A stretch of 64,000 nucleotides of DNA. Source: Lama guanicoe (Eukaryota). Where the stretch lies: contig MU054220.1 in assembly GCA_013239625.1 (NCBI GenBank), forward strand, positions 1,665,509 through 1,729,508, given 5' to 3'. The notes under the pieces were generated by a model, which was not told where the DNA came from, searched no databases, and saw only the letters and a list, made by a program, of their open reading frames with translations. The position numbers and the translations under genes are program-made. Below are positions 1 to 12,600 of this stretch, one piece after another (the first letter of the stretch is position 1; every line of letters starts with the position of its first letter).

Positions 1-500
1 GTTCTTTGCTTAGGCCGTGGAAATCAAGTACTTCTGTTCTAACATCTATTTAAAGAAAAGTTCTCACCCATCATTGTGTAGATTGGGAATCCTAAATCTT
101 GTCTATAAGAAATAGTCGTTTGTAGTTTTATGGATATTTTAAAAAGTTTTGTTAACTCTGCTTAAAAATGATTAAAACTTGCTTTAGTAACTTTACCTCT
201 TAAGTTTTTATGAGAATTCTCAAGCTAGACAAGGAATGACTGACACTCAGTTCCTTAGTTAAAGCCTAGGATATCCTAATCAGAATGGTAACTTTAGTTT
301 GGGATCTGATGGAAGGGATGACATGGTGAGGGAGGACCGGGGACTCTGGTAAATTGAATGGAAGTAGTGAAAGTAAGTAGAATTTTTTCCCTACCTTTTC
401 AGGAAACAGTTGAGACCTTTAAAGAAAAAAAGGACTCTCTCTGGAGAGCAACATGAATGCATAATAGAAGTTTTATTTTATTTCACGCAGCTCAAAGAAA

Positions 501-678
501 ATGAACGGCACCCTGGACCATCCAGACCAACCAGATCTTGATGCTATCAAGATGTTTGTGGGCCAGGTTCCAAGGACCTGGTCTGAGAAGGACTTGAGGG
601 AACTCTTTGAACAGTATGGTGCTGTCTATGAAATCAATGTCCTAAGGGATAGGAGCCAAAACCCTCCTCAGAGCAAAG
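501..678 (+). CDS. CELF1: CELF1 coding exon (RRM1 N-part)
   Basis: acceptor tttcacgcag|491, ATG 501, donor AAAG|gtaaag. Confidence 0.97.
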
Positions 679-3600
679 GTAAAGACTTTGGCTTTTATAT
701 ATATATATTCAGTCATGTGCATGCTCTCTCTCATTGGCAGAATGTTCTTGGGGTCACATGGGGGGAAATCTGCCTTTTTATAGTAGCTCTGTCTCCCAGC
801 CCAAACCTGTTTAATGACTTACAAATAAAAAATTAAGATGACATCATGAGGATAATTTGTAAATTGGCTCTTGGGCAGTCCTTTTCAAAAGCTCTAAATT
901 CAAGAGACAGATTCGGGTGAGTGTCTCATTTGATCTTGTGAATGGAATGACAAAAATAAAGTTGAAGTAAACCAATCACATAAGATTTTCTTTAGTATTT
1001 TGGCTAGGGTAAGTGGAAAGAGAAAAATTGTCCAGGTACCCATGGGTTTGTTAGTGTTACAGAGGCCCTGCGGGATGGCTGAGCAACTAGGAGGGACTGG
1101 TTTGTAGGTGACCTGTTCATAGTAACCTACAAAATGAACAGGAGAAAAAAGACGAGCTGCTTCCAGAAATACCCAGAAGGGTGGAAGTTTTGTAAGACTG
1201 ATAGTAGACAAGACATGAGCTTTGCCCATGTATATACAGGCATACTCTTTATTTTCCCAAATGACCCATTTCAGAGTAATTTTCTGTGAAAGCTGTTCTG
1301 CAAGTGTAGATGTGAGCAAGCGTGATTGCCACGTTTGAAACCAGCTTAATAGCAGAGGATCTAGAAGCTGAGGAATTATTTTCTCTTTGTGGCATAGTTA
1401 ACCAAAAATATAAAGTATTATCGTTTCTGAAAATGACTGGCAATATAATATGCAGTAATTCAAAAATCTTAATTGCAGAATGATTTTGAAAGAAGTCTGT
1501 ATCATATCTTACGGGACTGTGGGCCCAAGATTTACAAGACATACTTTCCCCTTCCTATCACCAGTAAAGATACAGAGCACAAAATCTCCACATCTCCTCA
1601 GTCAAGTGCCATATGCTGTTAGAAGTGTAATTATATTTGATGGGAACCAAGAGTCCAAAAAAAGATATTAAGAGGCTCTTGCTCTTAAGTCATTTTAGAA
1701 TTTAATAAATAATGATTATGTTTGAGGCATATGGTAGAAATTGGCTACAATTTAAGATTTGTAAGAGAAAGAAAGATTTCCTTGTAGACTACAAGCTGCA
1801 AGAGTGCGAGGCCTCCGTCTGGTTTGTAGCTGACTCTTCTTGCCCAGCACATTACTTGGTGCTCCAAGTCTGCTGGGTTGAATGGCATGGTGCTGTGACC
1901 TTTGTAAGAAAAATAATCTTTCCCAGAGAAGTTACAGGAGCAGGTAAAGAATTTTAACAAAACTAGGAGACTATAACAATAAAGAAGACAAAAGAAAATA
2001 ATCTGTTTCCCCCTCCACCCCTCTAGATTTTCTCCATCTCCCTCCCTTCACCCCCCTCTAATTTTAGTAAATCCAGCCCTCTCTTAAGGCTCAGTATATC
2101 CATGGAGGAGGAAATGCTCTGGGAGTTACCTGCTTTCAAAGGACTGGTTTGACTTGATGAAATGTTGTTTATTGCAGGGTGCTGTTTTGTTACATTTTAC
2201 ACCCGAAAAGCTGCATTAGAGGCTCAGAATGCTCTTCACAACATGAAGGTCCTCCCAGGGGTAAGAAAGCTCCTGCTAGTAAGTGGAACTAGTGGTTTTG
2301 ACACATAGAACATACTTACACTTTTCAGGCACACACTGAAAGCAATTTTGGGGAAAGGGTGACTGCCCCAGGAATTGATGTAAAGGAAGACATAAAGGGT
2401 TTGTTTCAAAGAAGATAGGTTGAAAGTAATTCTCAGCCAAAAGAACTTTGACTTCTTGACTCACATTCTATTTTGATATTTTGGTGGGAAGAGATAATGA
2501 GGCAGACATGAGTTCAGCAATAACTCTTAAGGGTCTAGTTTTGATATTTCCTTTAGAGTCCTCATGTATATTTCTGAATGTCTTCAGTGTGCAATGATAA
2601 TATTCATGTGTTTTCCTTTTTAGATGCATCATCCTATACAGATGAAACCTGCCGACAGTGAGAAGAATAATGGTAAGCAAATTTATAAAGCCCTCCCCTT
2701 GTCACGTCTCTTCCTGATGTGTTTGCTGTTCTCATGGCATCTGTGTTGTACTGTGCTCTAATATTTTTTAAATTGAGGTATAATTTACACATAATATTAT
2801 GTTAGTTTCAAGTGTAACATAATGATTCCATAATTGTATATATTGTGAAATGACCCTACAATAAGTCTGATTAACATCCATCACCATACATAGTTGCAAA
2901 AATTTTTTTTTCTTGTGATGAGAACTTCTAAGATCTACTTTTTTAACAACTTTCAAACATGCAATACAATGTTAACTGTTGTCTCTGTACTATACTTTAC
3001 ATGATCACGACTTAGTTATTTTAAAACTGGAAGCTTACACCTTTTGACCTCCTTCAAGCCCTTTTTGCCCACCTCCTTTCCCTCTCCTCTGGCAAAAAGC
3101 AATCTGTTCTTTGTATCTATGACCTCAGTTGTTTGTTTTTTATTTTTAAAGATTTTATATATATAAGTGAGAGCATATAGTATTTATCTTTCTCTGAGTT
3201 ATTTAACTTAGCATAATGCCTTCAAGGTCCATCCATGTTGTCGCGTATGGATGGATGTGATTTCAGATTTTATTCTGAAAAAAGATTCCTCTGTGTGTGT
3301 GTGTGTGTAAAATACTACATTTTCTTTATCCATTCATCTGTTGATGGATACTCAGATTGCTTCTATTTCTTGGCTATTGTCAGTAATGCCTCAGTAAACA
3401 TGGGGGTTGTATATATCTTTTCAAATAAGTGTTTTCGTGTTCTTCAGTTAAATACCCAGGAATGGAATTGCTGGATCATACGCTAGTTCTGTTTTTAATT
3501 TTTTTGAGGAACTTCCATAGTGGTTTGCACAGTGGCTGCACCATACAGTCCCACTAACAGTGTACAGGGGTTCCCTTTTCTCCACATGCTCATGAACACT

Positions 3601-6600
3601 TATTCTTTCTTGTCTTTTTGATAGTAGCCATTCTAACAGGTGAGATGATATCTCATTGCAGTTTTGGTTTGCATTTTCCTGATTATTAGTGATATTGAGC
3701 TTTTTTTTTTTTTTAATGTCCCCATTGGTCATCGTATGTCTACTTTGGAAAAATGTCTGTTTGAGTCTGTTGCCCACTTTTTAATTGAGTTGTTTTTCTT
3801 TTGCTGATGAGTTGTATAAGTTCTTTATATATTTTAGATATTAACTTATCAGATACATGATTTGCAAGTACTTTCTCTTGTTCATTAAGTTACCTTTTTT
3901 TGTTGATGGTTTTTTGTTTTGTCTTGCTGTGCAGAAACTTTCTATGTTGATTTAACCCCACTTGTTTATTTGTGCTTTTGTTGCCTTTGCTTTTGGTGTC
4001 AAATCTAAAAAGTCATCACCAAGACCCATGTCAAGGAGCTTTTACCAAGTCTAACTCTTCTGGGGGTTTTATGCTTTCAGGTCTTACATTCAGTTAATTC
4101 ATTACCAGTTAATTCATTACTTACTCACAAGTAACCCATTTTGAGTTAATTTTTGTGTATGTTGTAAGATAGTGGTCCAGTGCTCTAAGTAATGTCATCT
4201 GAGTTGCCTGTTCTTTTCTTTAAAATAAGTATGGTACATAAATGAGATAAATAGAGTTGACCAGGAAGCATTACAAGAACATTTTAGAGTTAACTGGAAT
4301 GTTTTTTTGATTAGTATAATTTCTTATGGAAAGGAGTTGGGGTGGGTGGGAAATGAACAAATTGGGAAGGAAAACTTAGTCCTTAAGAGAATGAATAATC
4401 AGAAAATGAAAGTGGATATTACCCTCACTGAAATGTGTGTTCTGTTTCTCTTGTTTTATCAGTTAAGTGTGGAAACTCGTCCTTCTTTGGTACGTTGGTA
4501 TTGCTAATAATAGCAAACTTTGCTTAGCGCTAGGCAAAGACAGGTGCTGAGTATTAGCTATAGGTACCTTTGAGGTAAGCTCTGTTATCCTATTAATCAC
4601 ATGAGGAAACAGGCACAGAATGGTTAAGTAACTTTTACAAGATCACAAAGCCACTATATTTCATTTAAGTGCTTCCAAGTATAATTTTAAGATAGCATTG
4701 ATTATAAAAGGATGTGCTGAATTGTGGTGAGGGGGAAGTGTATCTTAAAATCTGTGAAATACGGTATAAAGGCACAGAGCCAGGCATTCAGACTGAGGAG
4801 CTCTGACTCTAGAGACTGCTGTACTAGCTCTGTGGTAATGATGTCAAGCCTTCTGTGTCTTACTCTCTTAGCAGTGGAAGACAGGAAGCTGTTTATTGGT
4901 ATGATTTCCAAGAAGTGCACTGAAAACGACATCCGAGTCATGTTCTCTTCATTTGGACAGATTGAAGAATGCCGGATATTGAGGGGACCTGATGGCCTGA
5001 GCCGTGGTGGGTACATTTTTTGCATTTAAAGATACTGGTCTTAAACTTGTAATCTTTTTTTTTTTTAATGGGACCAGTGGAAACTAGTGATCTATAGCTA
5101 ACACGGTCTTGTCGTGATGGAGAGGATTGGGTTTGGTGTTATATGTTTAGGTCTCGTCACGACTTCTCCTGTCAGTTGATCCCTTTAGTATTCTCCCAGT
5201 TCCCCTAAGGAGTCTACATTCTGTACTTAAGTGCCTTGTATTAAGGTTCTCTGTTTTTGTCCTTGGAGAGGTTCTTCATGCCAAAATGGAAACACTCCTT
5301 TGCAAGAGAAGCTAGAGAATATGATTCCTCCTTTATCCCTCAAGCACTTTCTCTCCTGTCTGTGCTTCCCTGGTTTTTCATTGAAGCACCTATCACCCTG
5401 TTGTAACATATCTGTCTTCTCTAGATCATGAACCCCTGAAGGCAGCAACCATGTCTGTATTGCTAGCATGGTACCTGGCACATAGTAGGTACTCAGTAAA
5501 TGTCAGTCCAGTAAATAAATAACCAAATGAATGGATGAGTTATCGACTCTTTTTTCAAACAGGTTGTGCATTTGTGACTTTTACAACAAGAGCCATGGCA
5601 CAGACGGCCATCAAGGCAATGCACCAAGCACAGACCATGGAGGTAGGGGACAGATGAATGAAAGTGGGACGTTCCTTAGCCTGAGAGTGCTAGGACAGTT
5701 GGCCATCAAAGCCCAGCAGTATATACAGCATCTGATTGCCCTAAAAGTTAAGCAGACTGAATAAACATCTTAAAGTTAAAAACAGGTGCTTCCGTTAAAA
5801 TCAGCGTATTGGAACTAGTTACCCTTTTAAATTATATTTTGCTACTTGTGTGTATCAGGAAGAGAAGTAATTTGGCAGTGAATGAAAGTAGAATGCAGCC
5901 TGGAAAGGAGAACTTTCCCTTCACCCAGAAGGAGGAATTTGACCCTTTGGTTTTGGTGTTTTCATAGGGTTGCTCATCCCCCATGGTGGTAAAATTTGCT
6001 GATACACAGAAGGACAAAGAACAGAAGAGAATGGCCCAGCAGCTCCAGCAGCAGATGCAGCAAATCAGCGCAGCATCTGTGTGGGGAAACCTTGCTGGTC
6101 TAAACACTCTTGGACCCCAGTACTTAGCAGTGAGTCCTTGTGGTTTGCTTTCTGCAGACTGTGCAAGCTCCCAGCTGTTTCTTCTGCTGTCCTTAGCTAA
6201 CATACACAATGGCTTTCACAGATCTTAGCACATCAGAATTTTCTATAAAAATTCAGGCAACATAATGTTCTTTAAGTCACATTAGTGTCTCTCTCTCTCT
6301 TTCTGGTCACACATCTTTGGTTATGTCGTGAGACTTATGCTACAATTAAAGTAAAATCTTAATTTCCTAATAAAAAGCTTTAAAGACATCTCATGTGTCC
6401 CTGCCCCCTCCCCCCAAAAAAACTCCTAAGGGAATCTTAACTACCAGTTATCTTCCTCTATAGCTCTTTCTGGCCGATGTAGAGGGCATCGTTAAAATCC
6501 TTACTGAGTCTTCCCTGAAGAGTATGATAAATGTTCCACTGACTGAGAGATCAGGAGATGAACATGGACATTATTAAATGAGTATTACAGGTGTATATTT

Positions 6601-9600
6601 GAGTTCACTAAATAGTAAATAGATTTCCTTTAATTTGATTTCTCTCTAGTTGAGTTGAAGTAATAAGTCCAGGAAGGGTCACGCTCCAATTTGTTACTTT
6701 GATTTACTAGGTCTGCAATGTGTATTATGGGGGATTATCACTGTTTAACCCTTAAAAGAACTGCAGATAGCACAAGACACTTAAAACTGTCTCTTCTGTG
6801 AATCAGAACAGGTAATCTGTGATGCTACCAGTGAAGAAAAATAAATGGTGAAACTACTAGATTAGTATGGATAGTCTAAAAATATACACATTGGAGTCAT
6901 TATAGTATTCACTCCTCATCCTTTAAAATAGTATTTTATATGGAAGCAGAAGAAAGGCAATGATTTCTATCCTGCGATACTGGGTTTTGGCTAATTTGAT
7001 ATCTTTTGGTCTCCCTATTTCTAAAATATTAGAAGAAATCCCAGTTTATCTTCCCTAGTGTTTTTCTGAAGTCAAAAAAAAATGTAGATGGTTGTTATAT
7101 TTCTATAGATTAAATTGTTTCTCAGTGCTTAGAACATTGTTTATAAGTTGAGAAAATTCAGAGAGATTTTAGTCTTCTGCCAAAATGATAATGCTTTGAA
7201 AATTATCTCCGTGATATGTACTTACTCTTCTTAGAGAGTTTTGGAACCTTCTTTTAGGGAAGACTCCACCTTTTGTTGTCATTGCCACAAGCACATGATG
7301 GTTTCCAGCAAGCACATGATGGTTTATGTTGAGAGCTATGGTCTGTTTCACTTAGACATGATCCCCACCCTAAGAGCTGTTCTCATTTTGGGAGGAAATG
7401 AAGTGCCAAGTACAGTATGCACAGTCCACCAGTTGGGACTGAACACATTACCCAAGGTATTTAAGAAGACAAAAATGAAGACTTGTGAGTGCTGATGGAC
7501 TATGTAAGTGATAGTACATCATCATTAATTATGAGGTTCTTTCTGGAATATGTGGACTTGAAGCTAGAGCAGTAGTTCTTAATCTTTGTAGGGTTGTGGA
7601 CCCCTTTGAGAAGCTGGTAAAAATTGTGTTTATATGCATTTTTTCATTCTACTTCTGGAGGTTTCTGGACCTCCTGAAATGCACATGGACTAGAGAGATT
7701 CATGATGACCGAGGAACCAAGTCAGATGTTTATATGGGAATGGACAACAATTTGAATAATGGATCCAGAAACAAGAATGTCAGTTGTCCATAAGGAACAG
7801 TGAGTGGAACAAAACGCTTTAGCAGGTTGGTTAGATGAAGGTTGCAATTTGCTAAGATACAGAGTAAGGTTGTAGAGATCCATTAAGTTCATGAACAGGT
7901 CCCCTTGTTTTATTTGTTACGGAACATCCATTGAAGGAATGTATGCTAAACAGATACGGACTAATCCACCAGTCATTTGGTCATCTGCAGCAGTGAGATT
8001 ACAGTGATAGATGGATGTGTAGTATTCTAGTCATGACAGGACTTATCAAGTCACAAGTTCATTGTGGCCAGTAAAGGGTGACTCCAAGAAATACCCTGAA
8101 ATGGTCAGGTTTGATATTTTAAATAGTTGTGTGAAGTAGAAATTTGGTGTCTAGATAGGAACAACCTACAAAATAAGATGTGTGGGCCTAAGCAGGAGAA
8201 TCTGGGAGAAGAACTAGAAATGGCAGTCACCCACAGACAGGCACTCATTGCAGTGGACTGCATGGCTGCTTGAGTTGAGCTTAGTTCTCTGCTCTACTTC
8301 TGTCCTCTGCTGTGCTGCATTCTGTTGCCAGGGACGCAAGCCTGGCTCAGTACTCAGCGAACATAACTGTCTTCTGGCCAGGTCTTCAGCTGTGTTGTGT
8401 TGTCCAGCGCTGTCGTAAGCCTCATGTTTTTGTTGTGTTGGCTTGGGCTCTTGTCTTCAACTTTCTTCTCTCTGGGGGCCTCTGCACTCTCGCTTTGCTG
8501 TGCTGTAGAGTTATCCCAGATGCAGAACCAGCCCTCACTCTCACTCTTGTTCTGTTTTTTGGTGTAATGTCTAGCTTTATTTGCAGCTCCTTCAGCAGAC
8601 TGCCTCCTCTGGGAACCTCAACACCCTGAGCAGCCTCCACCCAATGGGAGGTAAGTGTTCACTGCAACGGAGGAGCAGCAGCTGCCAGCTAACAACAGTC
8701 TGAGAGTTTTGTACCGTTCGTGCAGGAAGAAATTTTCCCCACTCATTACATTAAGCTGACATAAGGTGAACATCCTAGGATTCACCTACCTCATCTCTAG
8801 AAGGTGGCTCTTTTAGTTGCTGATACCAGGCTGCTCTGGGATTGTCTGCTGCTCCCCACCCCTTTAATCTTTTTTGAGGAAGAAGATGGAAAGGAGCTGT
8901 TAGCACCTGCAGACTATCTGCAGCCATTTTGATAAAGAGAAAAATGCAAGAACTCTTCATTTCCACAATAAAGCAACTTTTTCAGTGACTCTGTGAAGAA
9001 AAAAGTCTACTATGGCTTCCGAGAGCATGACTTACCCTGAAGCTGCTAGAACCCAGGCAGTTAGTGTCTTATACAAGTTATTTCTTAGGTGAATTGCCTT
9101 TTGTTGGTGTTAACATGCATGAAAAACTTAATTGACAAATACCTGAGCTTATAACAAAAGGAGGCTCCAGGTACAAATCTGAGGCGAGGCCATTGGAAAA
9201 GTGGAGGGAGTGGAGGGAAGGGGACCATTCCAGAGCTGCTTGCCCCTGCCTCTTCTGCAGTGGCAGGTGCACCTGAGGAAGGGCTAGTCTTAGGCGTGTG
9301 ACATTATACCATTTGAAAAAGTTTGATGGTTGTTCACTTTGTCCCAGGGATTTAGAGTTTGCCGTGTTTTTGGAAAGTTGCTAAATTGTAAGTCTGTGTT
9401 GGAGCCTTCCTGTTCTCATTAATTCTCTACCCGCACTCATCTGCCTTTCCATAATCCAGTAAATGGTTTGCCACACATTGTTGGCACAGTTCAGATTTCT
9501 TGCTCTCCTTTTACCTACATTGCCTAGGTTCTCCTTGAAAGTCTTTTCCTCTGTTTTTTCTCTCTCCTCCTTCTGATGATTAATCTGCTACTAAAGTAGT

Positions 9601-12600
9601 GTGTTTTTTCTTTATTCTTTCTCCTGTTGCTGTTTTCACATGTGTTCCCCTGTCATTCCTCCCATGGCCTTCTGGATCTCTGCTACATTTTCTGCTTATT
9701 CATCTCCATTGCAGAGAACAAATCCTCTGTGAAGTGTGGGTGAGGGGCCCAAATGCAGATTCGTTCTCTGCCACAGGTTTTGGTATTGTTGTTCTCTTAG
9801 ACACCTGGCTCCATGTTAGACTCTGTGGTATTTCCTGATTTCCTAATTGCCTATCCCTTTATTAATGCTCACTTGGTCTGGCATGTTACTGGATTAGATA
9901 TCTTTTATCTGAGGAAATGATGGCAAGTTTCTTAATAAGTTGATTGATGGCTCAGTCTTTTTGGAGCCCTGTACTATTGCCTGTGAGGCTCATCTAGAAT
10001 AGTTCCTCCTTGGGACCGGCCTTCTGCCAGTGTACACTGTCATTGCTGGAGTGGATGTGAGGGACCCTTATCTGCTGGCTGACCTCTTGCTTTGGATATT
10101 GCAGGGTTAAATGCAATGCAGTTACAGAATTTGGCTGCGCTAGCTGCTGCAGCTAGTGCAGCTCAGAACACACCAAGTGGTACCAATGCTCTCACTACAT
10201 CCAGCAGTCCCCTCAGCGTCCTCACCAGTTCAGGTAAGCATGTAATAGGGGTCAGTGTGCCTTGGGCAGAATCCCAAGAGAGGGGTCTGTCATTCTGGAG
10301 AGTAGTTAACACCCATTTCCAAAGGGGCAGATTATGAACAGTAAATTTTCAAATGTCATCTTCTCACTTGAGAAAGTTTTTAGTTTGCTGTAATCATCAC
10401 TTGACTGTCCTGCAAGGACAGTTATCAAAACCAGTAACTGGAACCCTCTTTACAAAGACAATACTTCAGTGGTATCACTGGTGAGTTTTGGTTCCTGTTG
10501 ACATGAGATGGCAAGTGTTGACTTGAGTTTAACTGGTGAATATCTGATAGCAGGGTCCTCACCGAGCTCTAGCAGCAGCAGCTCTGTCAACCCCATCGCC
10601 TCCCTTGGAGCCCTGCAAACATTAGCTGGAGCAACAGCGGGCCTCAACGTCAGCTCTTTGGCAGGTGAGGGCCAGCCCCTGGATGCCATCAAGCCATTCT
10701 TTGTGCAGATAGCACATTTTAAACAACCCTTGTAGGGGTACCATTAGAAATACTGGAGTGGCCTGAAGTTAGAAATAACCATGCGATTTTGAGTCAGGCC
10801 TCAGTTAAATCTCACCTCTGCCCCTTAATTAGCTATAAGTTTTGACCACCCTCTGAGGTTTTTCTCGTCTGCAAAGTGGAAATAGAATGCTTTGAGGGTT
10901 ATTAGGAAGTTAAATGAGAACATAAGTAAAGTGCTGAGCACATTGCTCATAGTACGTGCTCAATAAATATTAGCTATTTTGATATGATTTGCCCACATCT
11001 TGTCATGGACCACATGCACCCCTATAAATCCCCAGTCCTGGGACTCTTATTTTTACCACATTCCAGATCTTTGTGAGAAAATTGCAAGAAAACCAGAGAG
11101 AAAATGGGGCAGGCCACGTGTAAGTAGTATCAATCACTTCTTGCACAGGTTGAAAGAAGGTAATGGCGAGAGCTGCACCTGGGTGTGGCGTTTTTTAATG
11201 TCCCTGTTAACCACAAGGCCTGTTGAGTGTCCTAAATCTGACCAGTCAGATGGCTATTCCTTCTCAGGGAAAAGCTAAGAAGTAGATGAAGGGGGACATT
11301 TGGAGTTTGTCTTTGGCATCAGTTGAGTCTTTCCAATCTGTTAATCCTGCTCTTCCTCCCCAACCAAGGGATGGCTGCTTTAAATGGTGGCCTGGGCAGC
11401 AGTGGCCTTTCCAACGGCACCGGGAGCACCATGGAGGCCCTCACACAGGCCTACTCGGGGATCCAGCAGTATGCTGCAGCGGCGCTCCCCACTCTGTACA
11501 ACCAGAACCTGTTGACACAGCAGAGCATTGGTGCTGCTGGCAGCCAGAAGGAAGGTGAGCACCAAGGGAACTGGAGTCAAGGACGGAATGGCTGCTCCTT
11601 CTGCACCAGCACCGCAAGGCAGGGCAAAGGCCAGGAGAACCATTTAGGTGGTCAGGCCAACACTTCTCTTTGGCAGTGTCCAGGGTAGACAGAGAAACTG
11701 CTCCTGAAATGTTTTCTGGGTGTGCTCTGTGTACCCTCCCGGGATGGGCTGCAGTTTTTAGGTGAGGAAACATACTGATCTTACTCTGTCTGATACCATG
11801 TGGCAATCTGTTTTTGCTAGGGAGCCTTCTTTCTGGATTATAAATCTGTCAGAGGATGTCCTCTGTCTAGGTGTCCCTTTTAGTTATATCATTTGGCTTT
11901 TCCTCACTTTCTAATCTGTGCTTTTCCTAATTGAGGACAAACAGAAGTGAGAGTTATGGCCTATGGGTTGATGGAGTGAGAATTACGTGCTTTGACATGA
12001 ATGGTATTAAATTCAGGAGAGGCTTTCTAGACAAAAAGAGGCCTGAAGTTGGTTTATATGCATAGAAGGTCCTGCTGACACCTCTGTGCTCATATGTGAC
12101 TGGATTTTCACAACCAGGAGCTGTCAAGGTTTAAGCACTAATGTGGGGAAAAGACAAGTATCCTCTCTTCCTGTAGCAGCAAGGAGTCTTGGTGTAGTAT
12201 GTCCTCATCTGCTCTGAATCAGACACTTATGTGCCCTAGGATGCAGTAGTGGGGGAGCTGATAGAACCAAGGAGACAGACAATAAACAAAAGCATGCAGT
12301 GTTCCGAATGTTGCTCTAAAGTGATGGACAGGAAAGAGGGATAGAGTGCAAGAAAGATAGCATTTTATATAGAGAAGTTCTCTCTAAGTTGACGTCCAAG
12401 CAGAGATCCAGAGGAAGTAAGGAAGCAAGCCACGTGTGTATCTAGAGGATGAAGAGTAATGAGGGCAGAGGAACAGCAAGTGCAAAGGCCCTTAAGCAGC
12501 ACTGTTCCACATGTGTCTGACTACACAGCAGGGAGACGGGGGTGGCTGGAGACTGGTGGCTGCACTGCAGTTGTAGTAAATTCTTCTGTGGTAAGGAAAT

